Positions 1 through 9,812 of a DNA stretch of 50,230 bases are shown piece by piece. The notes beneath the pieces are model-generated. The model worked only from the letters and a program-made list of their open reading frames with translations. It had not been told where the DNA came from and ran no database searches. This stretch comes from Flavobacteriales bacterium UBA2798. GTDB taxonomy: Bacteria; Bacteroidota; Bacteroidia; Flavobacteriales_D; UBA2798. The stretch is from positions 30,345 through 80,574 of the forward strand of contig DEHO01000054.1 in assembly GCA_002351955.1 (NCBI GenBank), given 5' to 3'. Position numbers and translations under genes: made by a program. How positions within the stretch are numbered: the first letter of the stretch is position 1; each line of letters opens with the position of its first letter.

Positions 1-40
1 GATCCGGCTTGCTGTTCGGCTTTGTGCTTTATTGTGTTGC

Positions 41-1141
41 ATGTTTGGAATAATGACAGCAATCGAATTTTTTGGATCACTTCAAAATTTTTATCTCGAT
101 GGATTTTGTTTTTTGCTTTCGCTTGGATTTCTACTATTTCTTCTGAAAACAAAAAATTATAAACCTATTTATCTAATAGGCTCTTTCTCAATAACCATTA
201 TTTGTTTTTTTTCACTTAATAATTTTCTCCACGATACGCATCATGCCGTTTTCCTTTGGATGATTTATGCAGTAATGCTTGCTTATTGGGGTGTAGGCCT
301 TACTGCAGGTGCAGCTATGCTTGGGCTGAATATTTTTTCGGCCCTTTACTACCATGTGTATTCCCTGGAGATGAATGTAAGTTCATTACGAACTATAGAT
401 GCCGGTGTAAAAACAGCACTTATTGTTGAGATAGTGGTTGTAATGCTGGCAATTGCATTGTTGTTGTATCAGTTTGTGAACAATTACAGGATCTCCCTAT
501 CAAAACTCAGTGATGTTAATGAGGAGTTGAAGGAAGCAAACGCCATGCTTTCTGCTAAAAATGCGGAAAATGTTCTTTTGTTGAAGGAGGTACATCACAG
601 GGTAAAAAACAATTTGCAGATCATCATTAGTTTGCTTCGCTTGCAATCAGGTGGACTTCCAAAAGAATCAATGGAGCGGTTTGATGATGCTATTAACAGA
701 ATCCTTACAATGGCCCTGATACATCGGAAACTTTATCAGTCGAGTGATTTGTCGGTTATTGAAATTGAAGCCTATGTTCGCGATTTGGTTTCCGGATTAA
801 CAGATAAAGAAACAATTAAATTGACAGTTGATTCAGAGGTTAAAAACTTCGGCCTAAAGACAATTGTTCCCCTGGGATTAATGCTGAACGAGTTGTTATC
901 CAACTCCTATAAACATGCTTTCAAGGAAAAGGAAAGCGGAGAAATTATTCTACGAATAAGGACTCATGGAACGGATGCTTTTTTGCTTGAATACAGCGAT
1001 AGCGGGATCTGGATTGAAAGTGAAGCATCATCCGAACGTTTCGGTTTGAATTTGATTGAAACCCTGACCGAACAAATGGAAGGGAGTATTGAACGAAAGG
1101 GCTCTTCATATGTGTTCAAACTCAAAAATCTTGATATTTAA
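41..1141 (+). CDS. membrane-bound sensor histidine kinase (HisKA_2-type H-box)
   Basis: ORF 32..1141. The N-terminal ~150 aa are hydrophobic, with several predicted TM helices. The H-box EVHHRVKNNLQIIISLLRLQ is typical of HisKA_2 kinases, followed by an N-box-like LNELLSNSYKHAF and G-box-like DSGIW / FGLNLIE. The frame stays open back to base 2, so the start may be ATG 41, ATG 53 or upstream of the window. Confidence 0.75.
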   Translation: MFGIMTAIEFFGSLQNFYLDGFCFLLSLGFLLFLLKTKNYKPIYLIGSFSITIICFFSLNNFLHDTHHAVFLWMIYAVMLAYWGVGLTAGAAMLGLNIFSALYYHVYSLEMNVSSLRTIDAGVKTALIVEIVVVMLAIALLLYQFVNNYRISLSKLSDVNEELKEANAMLSAKNAENVLLLKEVHHRVKNNLQIIISLLRLQSGGLPKESMERFDDAINRILTMALIHRKLYQSSDLSVIEIEAYVRDLVSGLTDKETIKLTVDSEVKNFGLKTIVPLGLMLNELLSNSYKHAFKEKESGEIILRIRTHGTDAFLLEYSDSGIWIESEASSERFGLNLIETLTEQMEGSIERKGSSYVFKLKNLDI

Positions 1142-1199
1142 TTAGGGTAAACACCTTAGTAACCAATTCCCATAATCCGGTTATATTAGTGTTATCAAG

Positions 1200-4100
1200 A
1201 TGTTTACTATGCTTCGTTATCTGCTTATATTAATGATTGTCGGTGCTCGCTTGAGTGCTTTTGGAGGATCTATTCCAATTATCAGTTCTTCCGGCGCTGT
1301 TGTGGATGGGCATGAATTACCTAAGGGTAAGTTGGTGGAATTGATGCATCCGGCGCAGTACGCAGGACAATATTGCTTCATACAGACCTCTAAAGGCTGG
1401 GGATTATACGATCGCAATTTTTCGAACTGGGTATTGGATCCTGAATTTGATTTTCTGGAACAGCTCGATGAATGGATTGTGGTGGTAAAAAATGCGAAAG
1501 TCCGTATGTTCCATTTGCGGACCCGTACCTATCTTAACGATTACGATGCCGGTTTCAGTGCAATTCTTACGGCATATGATGGTGATAAGTCCTGGTACGT
1601 GCAGGAAGGTCATAAGTGGAAAAATCTGACTTGGATAGAAGGTAAGCCGTCAATACCAAAAGATCAGGAAGGCTATTTCGATAAGAAGGCCTATACTACA
1701 CACAGTGTAAAAATTGAAGAGGGAAAAATTCTTGTTGAAGTCCGTACGCGATTTCCCAAACCTGCCTTTCCTCTGGTGAACATCGATGCATTCGGAACAG
1801 CGTACGATTCGCTGGACAAACACGGCAATCTCGTTTACCCCCCGCATAGTCCGGATTTAATTGGTGTTTCGATTTACGATTTAAAATCAAAAAAATCGAT
1901 CATACGTTCAACCGATTATTACAAAGCCAATTTGCTGAACGGAAGATACATTTTGGTTAAAGAAAATTTAAAACAGACCCCAACATTATCGTATGCCCTG
2001 GTTGATTCAAAAGGCAATTTTTTATTCCGTGATCTTCCCTTGAGAGAATTGGTTAAAGATCCGTTCAGGTACCCGTCCTTGTTCGGTTTTCCAAAAGGCA
2101 CATCGTTTAATGGAGACATGGTCAATGAACGGTTCGGATTCTATTCGAAGGAGCAACTTCTGAATATTACGACTCTTAATGGAGCCGGTATTTTTGACCT
2201 TGAACGCGGAAGATGGAATATTCCAGTTGGGGGAGAAGCAGTGTTTGCTCTTTGGATGCAGGATTTTTATATTATTTACGGTGATGGCACTTTTTATTTT
2301 CAGCATCCCGATTCATTGACGCCTTCATTCGCATTATCGGGGGATGAAATGAGTTATGATTTCGGGAAAACAGACATCATGGCTCCATTATTTGGTGTTG
2401 TTCGAGCCGGGGAAAAATTGGCGGTCCATCAACTTGTAAATACTGAAGCAGGAGCGAAAGAACGATTCCATGAATTGGTGCCCGGAACCCAGGCTTCCAT
2501 TCGAAGAAAATATTTTCATTGCGATATTGAAGTAAGGGATAGTATTGTTTTATTTTCTGTTTTTGCTCCGCAATTACGGTCCATGGAGTTTTTTTACAGT
2601 GATGATGTTGTTGAAGACAGACCGCCTGTTCCTATCGAGCAATATGCGTTTAATCGAGCCGCCATTTTTGACCGGGTTAGTAAGCAATGGTTGGTGGTAA
2701 CGGATAGTTGCACCCGAATAGTTCCAGATGGAAAAAATTATATTTTTTTCACCAATAAAGGATCTTATTCGTTCTTCGTAAAGGACCATATTCCCGCAGT
2801 GGCTCCGGTAACAAAACCGTTTTTAGCAACGGCTGCCGATTTTTCCACATTGTTAGGAAAGACCGTTCAGGAAGTAAGATTGGTTACGATGCCTATTGAG
2901 TATGTGCCTGATACTATTGAGCAGGACTTGCGTATTGTCAGATTAAATGGAAAAGAAGGCGTGTTCGATTTGGTGAAATTGAAATGGTTGCTTGGACCTG
3001 AATACGACAGAATAGAAAGCATGCAATACACTCCACATTTTCTATTGTACAAGGGTGGTCGTTTACAATTAGCCGATCGTTCCGGAAAATTATTGTCGGA
3101 GTTATCAGGTACCAGTATAGAAATGTATGTCGATCAAAATGCATATCGTATAGATGACCGGATCGTTTATTTTTATTTACCAAACTCATCGGTCACGGTT
3201 CGCGATCAGTTGTTGATTGAGTACAGTAATTTTCCCGCTCCTTTTGTTTTTCGTGCGGATGTTAGAAGTGAGCAAATCTATATTCAAGAATTTTTCAGAA
3301 CGAAAGGCGAAATCTTTGATTTTGATGTTGACGGCAATGAGATTGTAAAAGAAGTATCGTTCGACACTGCTTACAACAAAACGTGGTCGCGTGTTATTGA
3401 TAAATCCGGACAAGTAAAATTGACAAAACGGTATTTTGAATTTATTCCGCTTGGCAATTCATTTTTGCTTGCGAAAGGATTGGAGAAAAATTATTTGTTG
3501 AATAGTCAATCAGTAGAAATTAGAAGTTGGCCTTCCTCTGATGCTGTAATTGCAGGGGGAAAGTATTTGTTAGTGAATGAAAATGCTAAGAAAGTAACTG
3601 CTGAATTTGGAATTGATTATTCCGCAGGGGGCTATTCTGATAGTTATTTTTTTATGTCGGTTTATTCTATTTACCTGGAAGGCGCTAAAGTACTTCTGCC
3701 TGATAGCCTGAGTGTATTATCTTGGATTGGCGGCGATAAATTTTTGGTCCTTTCAAAGGGAAAAAACAGTACTTATGCCATTCTGGATCTTTCCGCCTCA
3801 GGAAATCTGAAACTGCAAGCGCTTCCCGAAAATTATACGGATCTTTTTGCCTTTGAGAATGGAAATTACGGTTATGGGGAGATAAAAGACAATCAGTTTG
3901 TTTATTCGATTTTTAATGGAGCATCTAATGAACGCGTTGCCGGTCGAACGACAGGACAGGTTACGGTTTATGAAGCAGATGAATTTCAATCAGGATTTTT
4001 GCTGTTATTCGATTCTGACAGTCTTCATGTTCTTTCTGGTAAAGGTGATTTTCTTGCGCATTATGGAATACAAGGTATTGAAGAGCCGCATTCTATTATC

Positions 4101-4703
4101 GGTGGAAGAATTCATCGCTTTACTACAACGACCGGCACCTTCTTTTTGGTTGGCGGAAACAAAATTGTTCCGGCATCCGATTATTTAATCTGGCCACCTA
4201 ATGTGACTACCGGTCGAATTTTGTTGGTCAATCGCTTACCAACTGCTGTAACTATCCACTCAATAAGTGGGACTACACTAGCTAATGTTTCCTGTTTGTT
4301 TAAGGGATCGGAAATCTCAGGAGACGGCACTCAGAATGTTTTGGAGTTTCAGTGTAAAGAATCTGCAGCAAGTATTTTTTATACCAATATGCAAACCAAT
4401 TCATGGACAATGGTAGCTGGAGCGCCTGTATTGAATCATTACAAATTTGTTCTGCAGAATGATTATGCGCTGTATGAATACACTGTTCATTTATTTTTGA
4501 CTGTAAATAACGATTTGGTGTTGGTTGATGATCGGTATAGGGAGATTCGCCGTTGGAAAGGGGTTAAAAATATTAAACAGATACTTCCAGATCAACAACC
4601 GGAAATTATCGAACTGGAATATGTCGATTCCCGAATTCCGAACGAACGGATCAATCTTTTTGTATTGTATCCTGCAAAAAAACAATGGAAGAAGAAAAAA
4701 TGA
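1200..4703 (+). CDS. large secreted hypothetical protein (1167 aa) with degenerate WG-like repeats
   Basis: Long uninterrupted ORF with an ATG start and a hydrophobic N-terminal signal-like segment (LRYLLILMIVGARLSAFG). It has recurring motifs such as KGWGLYD..W.LDPEFD, GKEGVFDLVKLKWLLGPEYD and GAGIFDLERGRWNIP. No catalytic motif was recognised. Confidence 0.6.
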   Translation: MFTMLRYLLILMIVGARLSAFGGSIPIISSSGAVVDGHELPKGKLVELMHPAQYAGQYCFIQTSKGWGLYDRNFSNWVLDPEFDFLEQLDEWIVVVKNAKVRMFHLRTRTYLNDYDAGFSAILTAYDGDKSWYVQEGHKWKNLTWIEGKPSIPKDQEGYFDKKAYTTHSVKIEEGKILVEVRTRFPKPAFPLVNIDAFGTAYDSLDKHGNLVYPPHSPDLIGVSIYDLKSKKSIIRSTDYYKANLLNGRYILVKENLKQTPTLSYALVDSKGNFLFRDLPLRELVKDPFRYPSLFGFPKGTSFNGDMVNERFGFYSKEQLLNITTLNGAGIFDLERGRWNIPVGGEAVFALWMQDFYIIYGDGTFYFQHPDSLTPSFALSGDEMSYDFGKTDIMAPLFGVVRAGEKLAVHQLVNTEAGAKERFHELVPGTQASIRRKYFHCDIEVRDSIVLFSVFAPQLRSMEFFYSDDVVEDRPPVPIEQYAFNRAAIFDRVSKQWLVVTDSCTRIVPDGKNYIFFTNKGSYSFFVKDHIPAVAPVTKPFLATAADFSTLLGKTVQEVRLVTMPIEYVPDTIEQDLRIVRLNGKEGVFDLVKLKWLLGPEYDRIESMQYTPHFLLYKGGRLQLADRSGKLLSELSGTSIEMYVDQNAYRIDDRIVYFYLPNSSVTVRDQLLIEYSNFPAPFVFRADVRSEQIYIQEFFRTKGEIFDFDVDGNEIVKEVSFDTAYNKTWSRVIDKSGQVKLTKRYFEFIPLGNSFLLAKGLEKNYLLNSQSVEIRSWPSSDAVIAGGKYLLVNENAKKVTAEFGIDYSAGGYSDSYFFMSVYSIYLEGAKVLLPDSLSVLSWIGGDKFLVLSKGKNSTYAILDLSASGNLKLQALPENYTDLFAFENGNYGYGEIKDNQFVYSIFNGASNERVAGRTTGQVTVYEADEFQSGFLLLFDSDSLHVLSGKGDFLAHYGIQGIEEPHSIIGGRIHRFTTTTGTFFLVGGNKIVPASDYLIWPPNVTTGRILLVNRLPTAVTIHSISGTTLANVSCLFKGSEISGDGTQNVLEFQCKESAASIFYTNMQTNSWTMVAGAPVLNHYKFVLQNDYALYEYTVHLFLTVNNDLVLVDDRYREIRRWKGVKNIKQILPDQQPEIIELEYVDSRIPNERINLFVLYPAKKQWKKKK

Positions 4704-4727
4704 AATGAGGGCTTTTTTGATCAGGAA

Positions 4728-5612
4728 TCAAAGCGTCCGTTTTTTTACGATCATTTCCACCTGATGGACATACCCTCCTCCAAAGAGGTTGACATGAACA
4801 AGAAGTGGATAAAGCTGACAAATATCCACCCGTTTTTGCCAGTCGTTTATCAGCGGATAATGTGCATTGTATGCATCGTAGAAACGTTGATTAAAACCCC
4901 CAAATAGACGCGTCATGGCCAGATCCATTTCCCGGTGACCATAATAGATGGCAGGATCAAACACCGCAACTTCGCCGCTTGCAAGGGCTAAGAAATTACC
5001 ACTCCACAAATCACCATGTAGCATAGCAGGTAATTCTACAGGAAAAACCGAATCCAACCTGGTGTACAATTGCTGAAGTTTATCGTAGAGTTTTCGATCG
5101 ATTTTTTTGTTGGTAAGTGCCAATAAGGCTTGTGGTTCCAATCGGGTATGGATTAGGAATTCCGCCCAGGAGTTGTAGTTTGTGTTGTTTTGGGTTAAGG
5201 ATCCAATATAATTTTCTGATGACCAACCATAGTGTTCATTGGAATGTTTGTGAAGCAAGGCAAGTTGTTCGCCAAACTTATCCCACACAGCATTTGAAGG
5301 TGTTCCCTTTTCGAGATATTCCAATAAGAGAAATGCGTAACTTTTGAAATGCCCGACTTCAATTACTTCAGGAATGCGAAGTGTTTGTGTCGACCTAAGC
5401 GCGTTTAATCCTTTTGCCTCCTCCGAAAACATTCCCGGAAAATCAACAGCATCGTTGCGCTTAATAAAATATTTACCCTTGTTGGTATCAAGAATATAAC
5501 ACTCATTGATGCTTCCACCATGCGCCATTTCAGCACCCTTGAGTTTTATCGACTCTCCTAGATGCTTTTTGAGGACTTCCTCGATGTATTGGGCAAAGGG
5601 ACTGGTCTTCAT
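4728..5612 (-). CDS. fructosamine kinase family protein
   Basis: 294 aa. It shows a kinase-like fold signature with MLHGDLWSGNF (catalytic loop of the fructosamine/aminoglycoside kinase-like family) and a FDPAIYYGHREMDLAM segment. Confidence 0.8.
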   Translation of the reverse strand: MKTSPFAQYIEEVLKKHLGESIKLKGAEMAHGGSINECYILDTNKGKYFIKRNDAVDFPGMFSEEAKGLNALRSTQTLRIPEVIEVGHFKSYAFLLLEYLEKGTPSNAVWDKFGEQLALLHKHSNEHYGWSSENYIGSLTQNNTNYNSWAEFLIHTRLEPQALLALTNKKIDRKLYDKLQQLYTRLDSVFPVELPAMLHGDLWSGNFLALASGEVAVFDPAIYYGHREMDLAMTRLFGGFNQRFYDAYNAHYPLINDWQKRVDICQLYPLLVHVNLFGGGYVHQVEMIVKKRTL

Positions 5613-5701
5613 GATAGCTTTGGCTTGCTTTTACGTAGAATTCCACGAATAGGTTTCCCTTAATACTTGCGCACAGGCCTGACTTTTAGTAGTATTGGGG
5701 A

Positions 5702-6286
5702 ATGAATCCAAAAATCATAAAGGAAGCACTGGTATACGATGATCGTATTCGTGTTATGAAAGCTGAGTTGGAACTGCTTGCAATCGATGGTAAGACGCTT
5801 CATTTCGATCGGTCCAGAGTTCAGCGTGAAGATGCAGCTGCAGTGATTTTATTTGATCGGGAGCGCGATTGTTTTATTTTTATTTCTCAATTCAGGTATC
5901 CTGTTGCCTATCATCAGGAGAAGGTGCTAATGGAATTGGTTGCCGGAAAAGTTGACGAAGGTGAGGATCCCTTTGTTACTGCAATTCGTGAAACCGAGGA
6001 GGAGTCGGGGTATGTTGTTCCTGCAGAGCGGATGAAGTTTATGTGTACTTTTTTCGCATCACCGGGATATACCACCGAAAGGTATTTTCTCTATTTGGCA
6101 GAGGTAACTGCTTCCGATTTTACTTCAAAAGGAGGTGGTTTGGAAGAAGAGAATGAATACATCGAAAAAATTGAAATGACACGAGAAGCATTTTTTAGGG
6201 CTTGTTTGAAAGGCGAAATTACAGATGGCAAGACTTTGATGGCCGGGTTGTGGTTGATGAATTCCGGATTTAGCAAAACGCATTGA
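5702..6286 (+). CDS. NUDIX hydrolase (nucleoside-diphosphate-sugar pyrophosphatase-like)
   Basis: The complete Nudix box GKVDEGEDPFVTAIRETEEESGY fits GX5EX7REUXEEXGU. Confidence 0.85.
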   Translation: MNPKIIKEALVYDDRIRVMKAELELLAIDGKTLHFDRSRVQREDAAAVILFDRERDCFIFISQFRYPVAYHQEKVLMELVAGKVDEGEDPFVTAIRETEEESGYVVPAERMKFMCTFFASPGYTTERYFLYLAEVTASDFTSKGGGLEEENEYIEKIEMTREAFFRACLKGEITDGKTLMAGLWLMNSGFSKTH

Positions 6287-6287
6287 A

Positions 6288-8735
6288 ATGAAGGCACCAT
6301 TCAGAATAGGAATTTCGCTGTTCTTTATTGCAACAGCTTTCGTGTTGGCCGGCACTGTTCATGCACAAAACACTTTGAAAGAAAAAATGGAAGAGATTAA
6401 AGCATCTTCCGGTAGTGATTCAGTTAAAGTTTATGCACTGGCAGAATTGGCAGTTAAAGCAGCAAAGAAAAGCATGGATGACGGTTTATCTGTTATCACC
6501 GAGATGGAAATGATCTCGAAAGAATCACCATCTCTTTCGGCGTTTACAAAAGTGAATAAGGGTGAAGTTTACCTGAAGAATTCATCTCCTGAGAAAGCCC
6601 TGGAGAATTTTCAAGTGGCTTTTCGCTATTATGATAAAAGTAATAACCAAAAGATGATTGTTGGACTTCTGGTGCGTCAGGCAAAAGCGTACCAACTGTT
6701 GAATAATCATGATAAAGTGATTGAAAAGTATTCAGAAGCATATCGTCTTGCTGAACAAAAGGCAGGGGTCGAAGTTTTTATTGAAGTAGTAAACGATTAT
6801 TATGGCTATTTGGGCAAACGGGGAGATCGGGCCGCTCAGTTTAAATTGTTAAGTGATCAGTTGGAATTTATAAAAAAATCTCCTTCCAATACAGATGATC
6901 TGATGGTGGAATGTTACATGGATCTCGCCTACTATTATTTTTATCTGGAAAAATTTCAGGATTCGTACCACTATTGTGAATTGGCTCGTCCGCATGCAGA
7001 ACGTTCCGGTAATGATTTTCGTAAGCTGGATGTGTATAATACGGGTGGCTCTGCCCTTAAGGCGCTTAAACGACAGAAGGATGCACTTGTGTTATTGCAT
7101 AAGGCAGGCGATTTGCTCGAGACCACAACATCTCCAATCAAGCGGCATCTGGGGTCTATTTATACCAATCTTGGAATTACGTATTACGAACTTGGTGAAC
7201 CTGCAAAAGGATTTGAATATAAGGTAAAGGCGCTTGAATTCTTCCGTAAAACAGACAATGAATCCGGGGTGTTTAATGTGAATATTGCCATTGGAATTGA
7301 TTTGATTGAGATCGAAAAAAAGCCGGAATTGGCAGTGAAATACCTGCATGAAGCGGAATTAAAATTCAAGGAACACGGATCGCTTTATACCGGTCAGCAC
7401 CTTTACCGATCATTGCATCAGTCATATGCGACTATGGGTAATTATGAAAAGGCCTATCAGTATTTTGAAAAATTTCTAACGATTCGTGATAGCTCCCTGA
7501 ATTCCGAGAAGCAAAAGCAATTGGGGGAGATGGAAGCGAAGTATGAAAACTCAAAAAAGGAACAGCAAATTGAAATGCTCAGCAGGGACCAGAAAATTGG
7601 TCAGTTGATGCTGTTACGTAACAAAGAGGCCTTAGAGAAAGAAAAAGCCGAGAATCAGATCAAGGAAAATTCAATTTTATTACTGGAGCAGGAGTCCAGT
7701 TTAAAAGAAGAACAACTCGCACGTGAAAAGGCGCAAACGGAAGCAGAACGTAACAAAGCGATGCTTGCCCAAGAGCAGAAAAAACTTGCTGAAAAAGAAA
7801 CACAGGATCAGCGCAGATTAAATATGATGTTTGGCGGAGCATCATTATTGCTCATAATATTCCTGATTTCCCTCTACCGGGGATATCGTCAGAAGAAAAA
7901 GGCGAATGAAGAGATCATGCAACAGAAATCAATCATCGAATTGCAAAAAGCGATTGTGGAAGAAAAGAACAAAGAAGTGCTTGATTCCATCAATTACGCA
8001 AAACGACTGCAGGATGCCATTTTACCGCCTATTGCCTATCTCACTTCTTTGTTGCGGGATAGTTTCATTCTCTATAAACCAAAAGATATTGTTGCAGGCG
8101 ACTTTTACTGGCTCGAAGAAGTCAACAATACCCGCAATGAGAAACTGATCTATTTTGCAGTTGCAGATTGCACCGGACATGGAGTACCGGGTGCAATGGT
8201 GAGTGTTGTTTGTTCCAATGCCTTACATCGTACAGTTAAAGAATTCGGAATGACAGATCCCGGAGAAATATTGGATAAGGTGACGGAATTGGTTCTGGAA
8301 ACATTTTCCCGATCTGAAAGTGACGTGAAGGATGGAATGGATATTTCTCTTGCTGTATTTAATACAAATACGAAGGAATTATTTTGGTCAGGAGCGAACA
8401 ATCCTTTATGGATTTTGCGTGAGGGTAATATCACAGAAATAAAACCAGACAAGCAACCCATCGGTAGTTTCGACGGCAGGAAACCATTTACGACGCATAC
8501 TATCCGGCCACTTGCAGGTGATGTGTTTTATCTTTTTTCAGATGGTTACTGCGATCAGTTTGGAGGAGAAAAAGGAAAAAAACTGAAAGAAGCGAACTTC
8601 AGAAAAATGCTGCTTGCCATGAATGGAGCTTCCATGCAGAGGCAGCAACAACAGTTACTAACTGCGTTTGAAAACTGGAGAGGCGATTTGGAGCAGGTGG
8701 ATGATGTTTGTGTATTGGGGGTTCGCTTGTTCTGA
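6288..8735 (+). CDS. TPR-repeat / coiled-coil / single-TM protein with C-terminal SpoIIE (PP2C-type) phosphatase domain
   Basis: The domain order is signal peptide, TPR-like region, a long charged coiled coil (EKQKQLGEMEAKYENSKKEQQIEML...), a TM segment MMFGGASLLLIIFLISLY, then PP2C/SpoIIE motifs GDFYW, ADCTGHGVPGAMVS, FSDGYCDQ and VDDVCVLGV. Confidence 0.8.
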   Translation: MKAPFRIGISLFFIATAFVLAGTVHAQNTLKEKMEEIKASSGSDSVKVYALAELAVKAAKKSMDDGLSVITEMEMISKESPSLSAFTKVNKGEVYLKNSSPEKALENFQVAFRYYDKSNNQKMIVGLLVRQAKAYQLLNNHDKVIEKYSEAYRLAEQKAGVEVFIEVVNDYYGYLGKRGDRAAQFKLLSDQLEFIKKSPSNTDDLMVECYMDLAYYYFYLEKFQDSYHYCELARPHAERSGNDFRKLDVYNTGGSALKALKRQKDALVLLHKAGDLLETTTSPIKRHLGSIYTNLGITYYELGEPAKGFEYKVKALEFFRKTDNESGVFNVNIAIGIDLIEIEKKPELAVKYLHEAELKFKEHGSLYTGQHLYRSLHQSYATMGNYEKAYQYFEKFLTIRDSSLNSEKQKQLGEMEAKYENSKKEQQIEMLSRDQKIGQLMLLRNKEALEKEKAENQIKENSILLLEQESSLKEEQLAREKAQTEAERNKAMLAQEQKKLAEKETQDQRRLNMMFGGASLLLIIFLISLYRGYRQKKKANEEIMQQKSIIELQKAIVEEKNKEVLDSINYAKRLQDAILPPIAYLTSLLRDSFILYKPKDIVAGDFYWLEEVNNTRNEKLIYFAVADCTGHGVPGAMVSVVCSNALHRTVKEFGMTDPGEILDKVTELVLETFSRSESDVKDGMDISLAVFNTNTKELFWSGANNPLWILREGNITEIKPDKQPIGSFDGRKPFTTHTIRPLAGDVFYLFSDGYCDQFGGEKGKKLKEANFRKMLLAMNGASMQRQQQQLLTAFENWRGDLEQVDDVCVLGVRLF

Positions 8736-8739
8736 AAAT

Positions 8740-8952
8740 TTAATTTTTCGGTTCAGCTTTTTTTGCCGGCGAAAAAGATTCGGCTAACAATCCGCCCCCA
8801 ATCGAAAAATAGAGTGTGCTCATGTACCATGTTGATGAAATACCACATGATCCATTACTGCAACCAATAAAATACCAATACATCCAACCCGCAATTGCTC
8901 CTGCTGCAATTCCTAAAATTGTTTTTTTCCGATCAAGGATCAATTTTTTCAT
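8740..8952 (-). CDS. small membrane protein, DUF6132-like
   Basis: The internal ATG at 8952 gives MKKLILDRKKTILGIAAGAIAGWMYWYFIGCSNGSCGISS..., the pattern I recognise from small proteins that accompany rhodanese operons. The 88-aa track ORF is probably over-extended at its 5' end. Confidence 0.55.
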   Translation of the reverse strand: MKKLILDRKKTILGIAAGAIAGWMYWYFIGCSNGSCGISSTWYMSTLYFSIGGGLLAESFSPAKKAEPKN

Positions 8953-9151
8953 AGCTGATTTCTTGTTCCACTTTTGTATCTGAATGCACAGTAAAGGTAT
9001 TTCCAAACCCGCAACCCATATTTAATATACCCTGCACGATTAGCACTCCTCCAAGCACAATAAGAAGGGAATCGCCCGAGTGAAGTCCTTCACCAACGAT
9101 CATCGCTCCAAGTGCTAAGCGAAAAATACGCATAAACGAGAGTTGCTTCAC
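8933..9151 (-). CDS. YgaP-like transmembrane protein (DUF2892-like)
   Basis: MKQLSFMRIFRLALGAMIVGEGL...LIVLGGVLIVQGILNMGCGF resembles the DUF2892 two-helix membrane domain. The GTG start at 9151 overlaps the upstream rhodanese stop by 4 nt. An alternative ATG lies at 9133. Confidence 0.55.
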   Translation of the reverse strand: MKQLSFMRIFRLALGAMIVGEGLHSGDSLLIVLGGVLIVQGILNMGCGFGNTFTVHSDTKVEQEISYEKIDP

Positions 9152-9456
9152 TGTATGCTTCGCTGCAAACTGTTCCAGGGACCACCATTGGCCACTTTAA
9201 TGCCTTTTTTGCGAAGAATATCAGCAGCCATTCCGCTTCTTCCGCCGGAGCGGCAAACAGTGATTACCGGCTTTCCTTTTTTTCGGATGCTCTCAACCTG
9301 TGCATCAATTTTATAAAGAGGGATATTTTGCGATCCTTTAATGTGACCGCCTTTGTATTCCTGTGGCGTTCGCACATCGATAATGATTGCGCCTTCTTTC
9401 ATGAGGGCACGAAAATCCGTTTTCTCGCCAAATAAATTTTTGATCAGTCCGAACAT
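9148..9456 (-). CDS. rhodanese-like sulfurtransferase domain protein
   Basis: 102 aa single rhodanese domain with IIDVRTPQEY..GHIKGS and the active-site loop CRSGGRS. Confidence 0.85.
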   Translation of the reverse strand: MFGLIKNLFGEKTDFRALMKEGAIIIDVRTPQEYKGGHIKGSQNIPLYKIDAQVESIRKKGKPVITVCRSGGRSGMAADILRKKGIKVANGGPWNSLQRSIQ

Positions 9457-9457
9457 A

Positions 9458-9739
9458 TTAATTCATTTTTAAGACCATCACATTACTGATTCCGCCTGCA
9501 TTATAGCTGTTTTTAATACCCGCCTGCTGCAGATACATCAAGGCCTGACCACTGCGTGCGCCGGAGCGACAAAACAATACAACTGTTGCATTCAGGTTGC
9601 GGATGCGGTCAATTTCTTCCGGAACAGTATCCAGAGGAATATTCAATGAACCTTCAATATGCTGGTCTGCATATTCCATTGGGGTTCTTACATCAATTAA
9701 AACCGTTTTTGGGTCTTTTACCAATTCCTGGAGATTCAT
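9458..9739 (-). CDS. rhodanese-like sulfurtransferase domain protein
   Basis: LIDVRTPMEY..HIEGSLNIP and the active-site loop CRSGARS. I chose the start at ATG 9739 (MNLQELV...) because a TAnnTTTG box and a CRP-like site lie inside the longer track ORF. Confidence 0.85.
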   Translation of the reverse strand: MNLQELVKDPKTVLIDVRTPMEYADQHIEGSLNIPLDTVPEEIDRIRNLNATVVLFCRSGARSGQALMYLQQAGIKNSYNAGGISNVMVLKMN

Positions 9740-9758
9740 ACGTCTAAATTTTATAGTG

Positions 9759-9766
9759 CAAAGGTA
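9759..9766 (-). promoter_or_regulatory. Bacteroidota -7 promoter box TACCTTTG (TAnnTTTG)
   Basis: The plus strand reads CAAAGGTA and the minus strand reads TACCTTTG. The box ends 19 nt upstream of the rhodanese ATG at 9739. Confidence 0.5.
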
Positions 9767-9787
9767 GGATGCCCTGCAAAATCCGGC

Positions 9788-9803
9788 AGTGACAAATCTC
9801 ACA
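9788..9803 (-). promoter_or_regulatory. CRP/FNR-family binding-site candidate TGTGA-N6-TCACT
   Basis: The minus strand reads TGTGAGATTTGTCACT, a 9/10 match to the TGTGA-N6-TCACA palindrome. Its centre is about 33 nt upstream of the centre of the -7 box, roughly -41 from the predicted TSS. It lies 10 nt downstream of the Crp/Fnr gene stop. Confidence 0.5.
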
Positions 9804-9812
9804 AAGCAGGTA

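Noticed and set aside
1-4. The window begins with GATC (possible Sau3AI/BamHI cloning junction)
   Set aside because: A 4-mer at a window edge carries no information, and the other end is not GATC.
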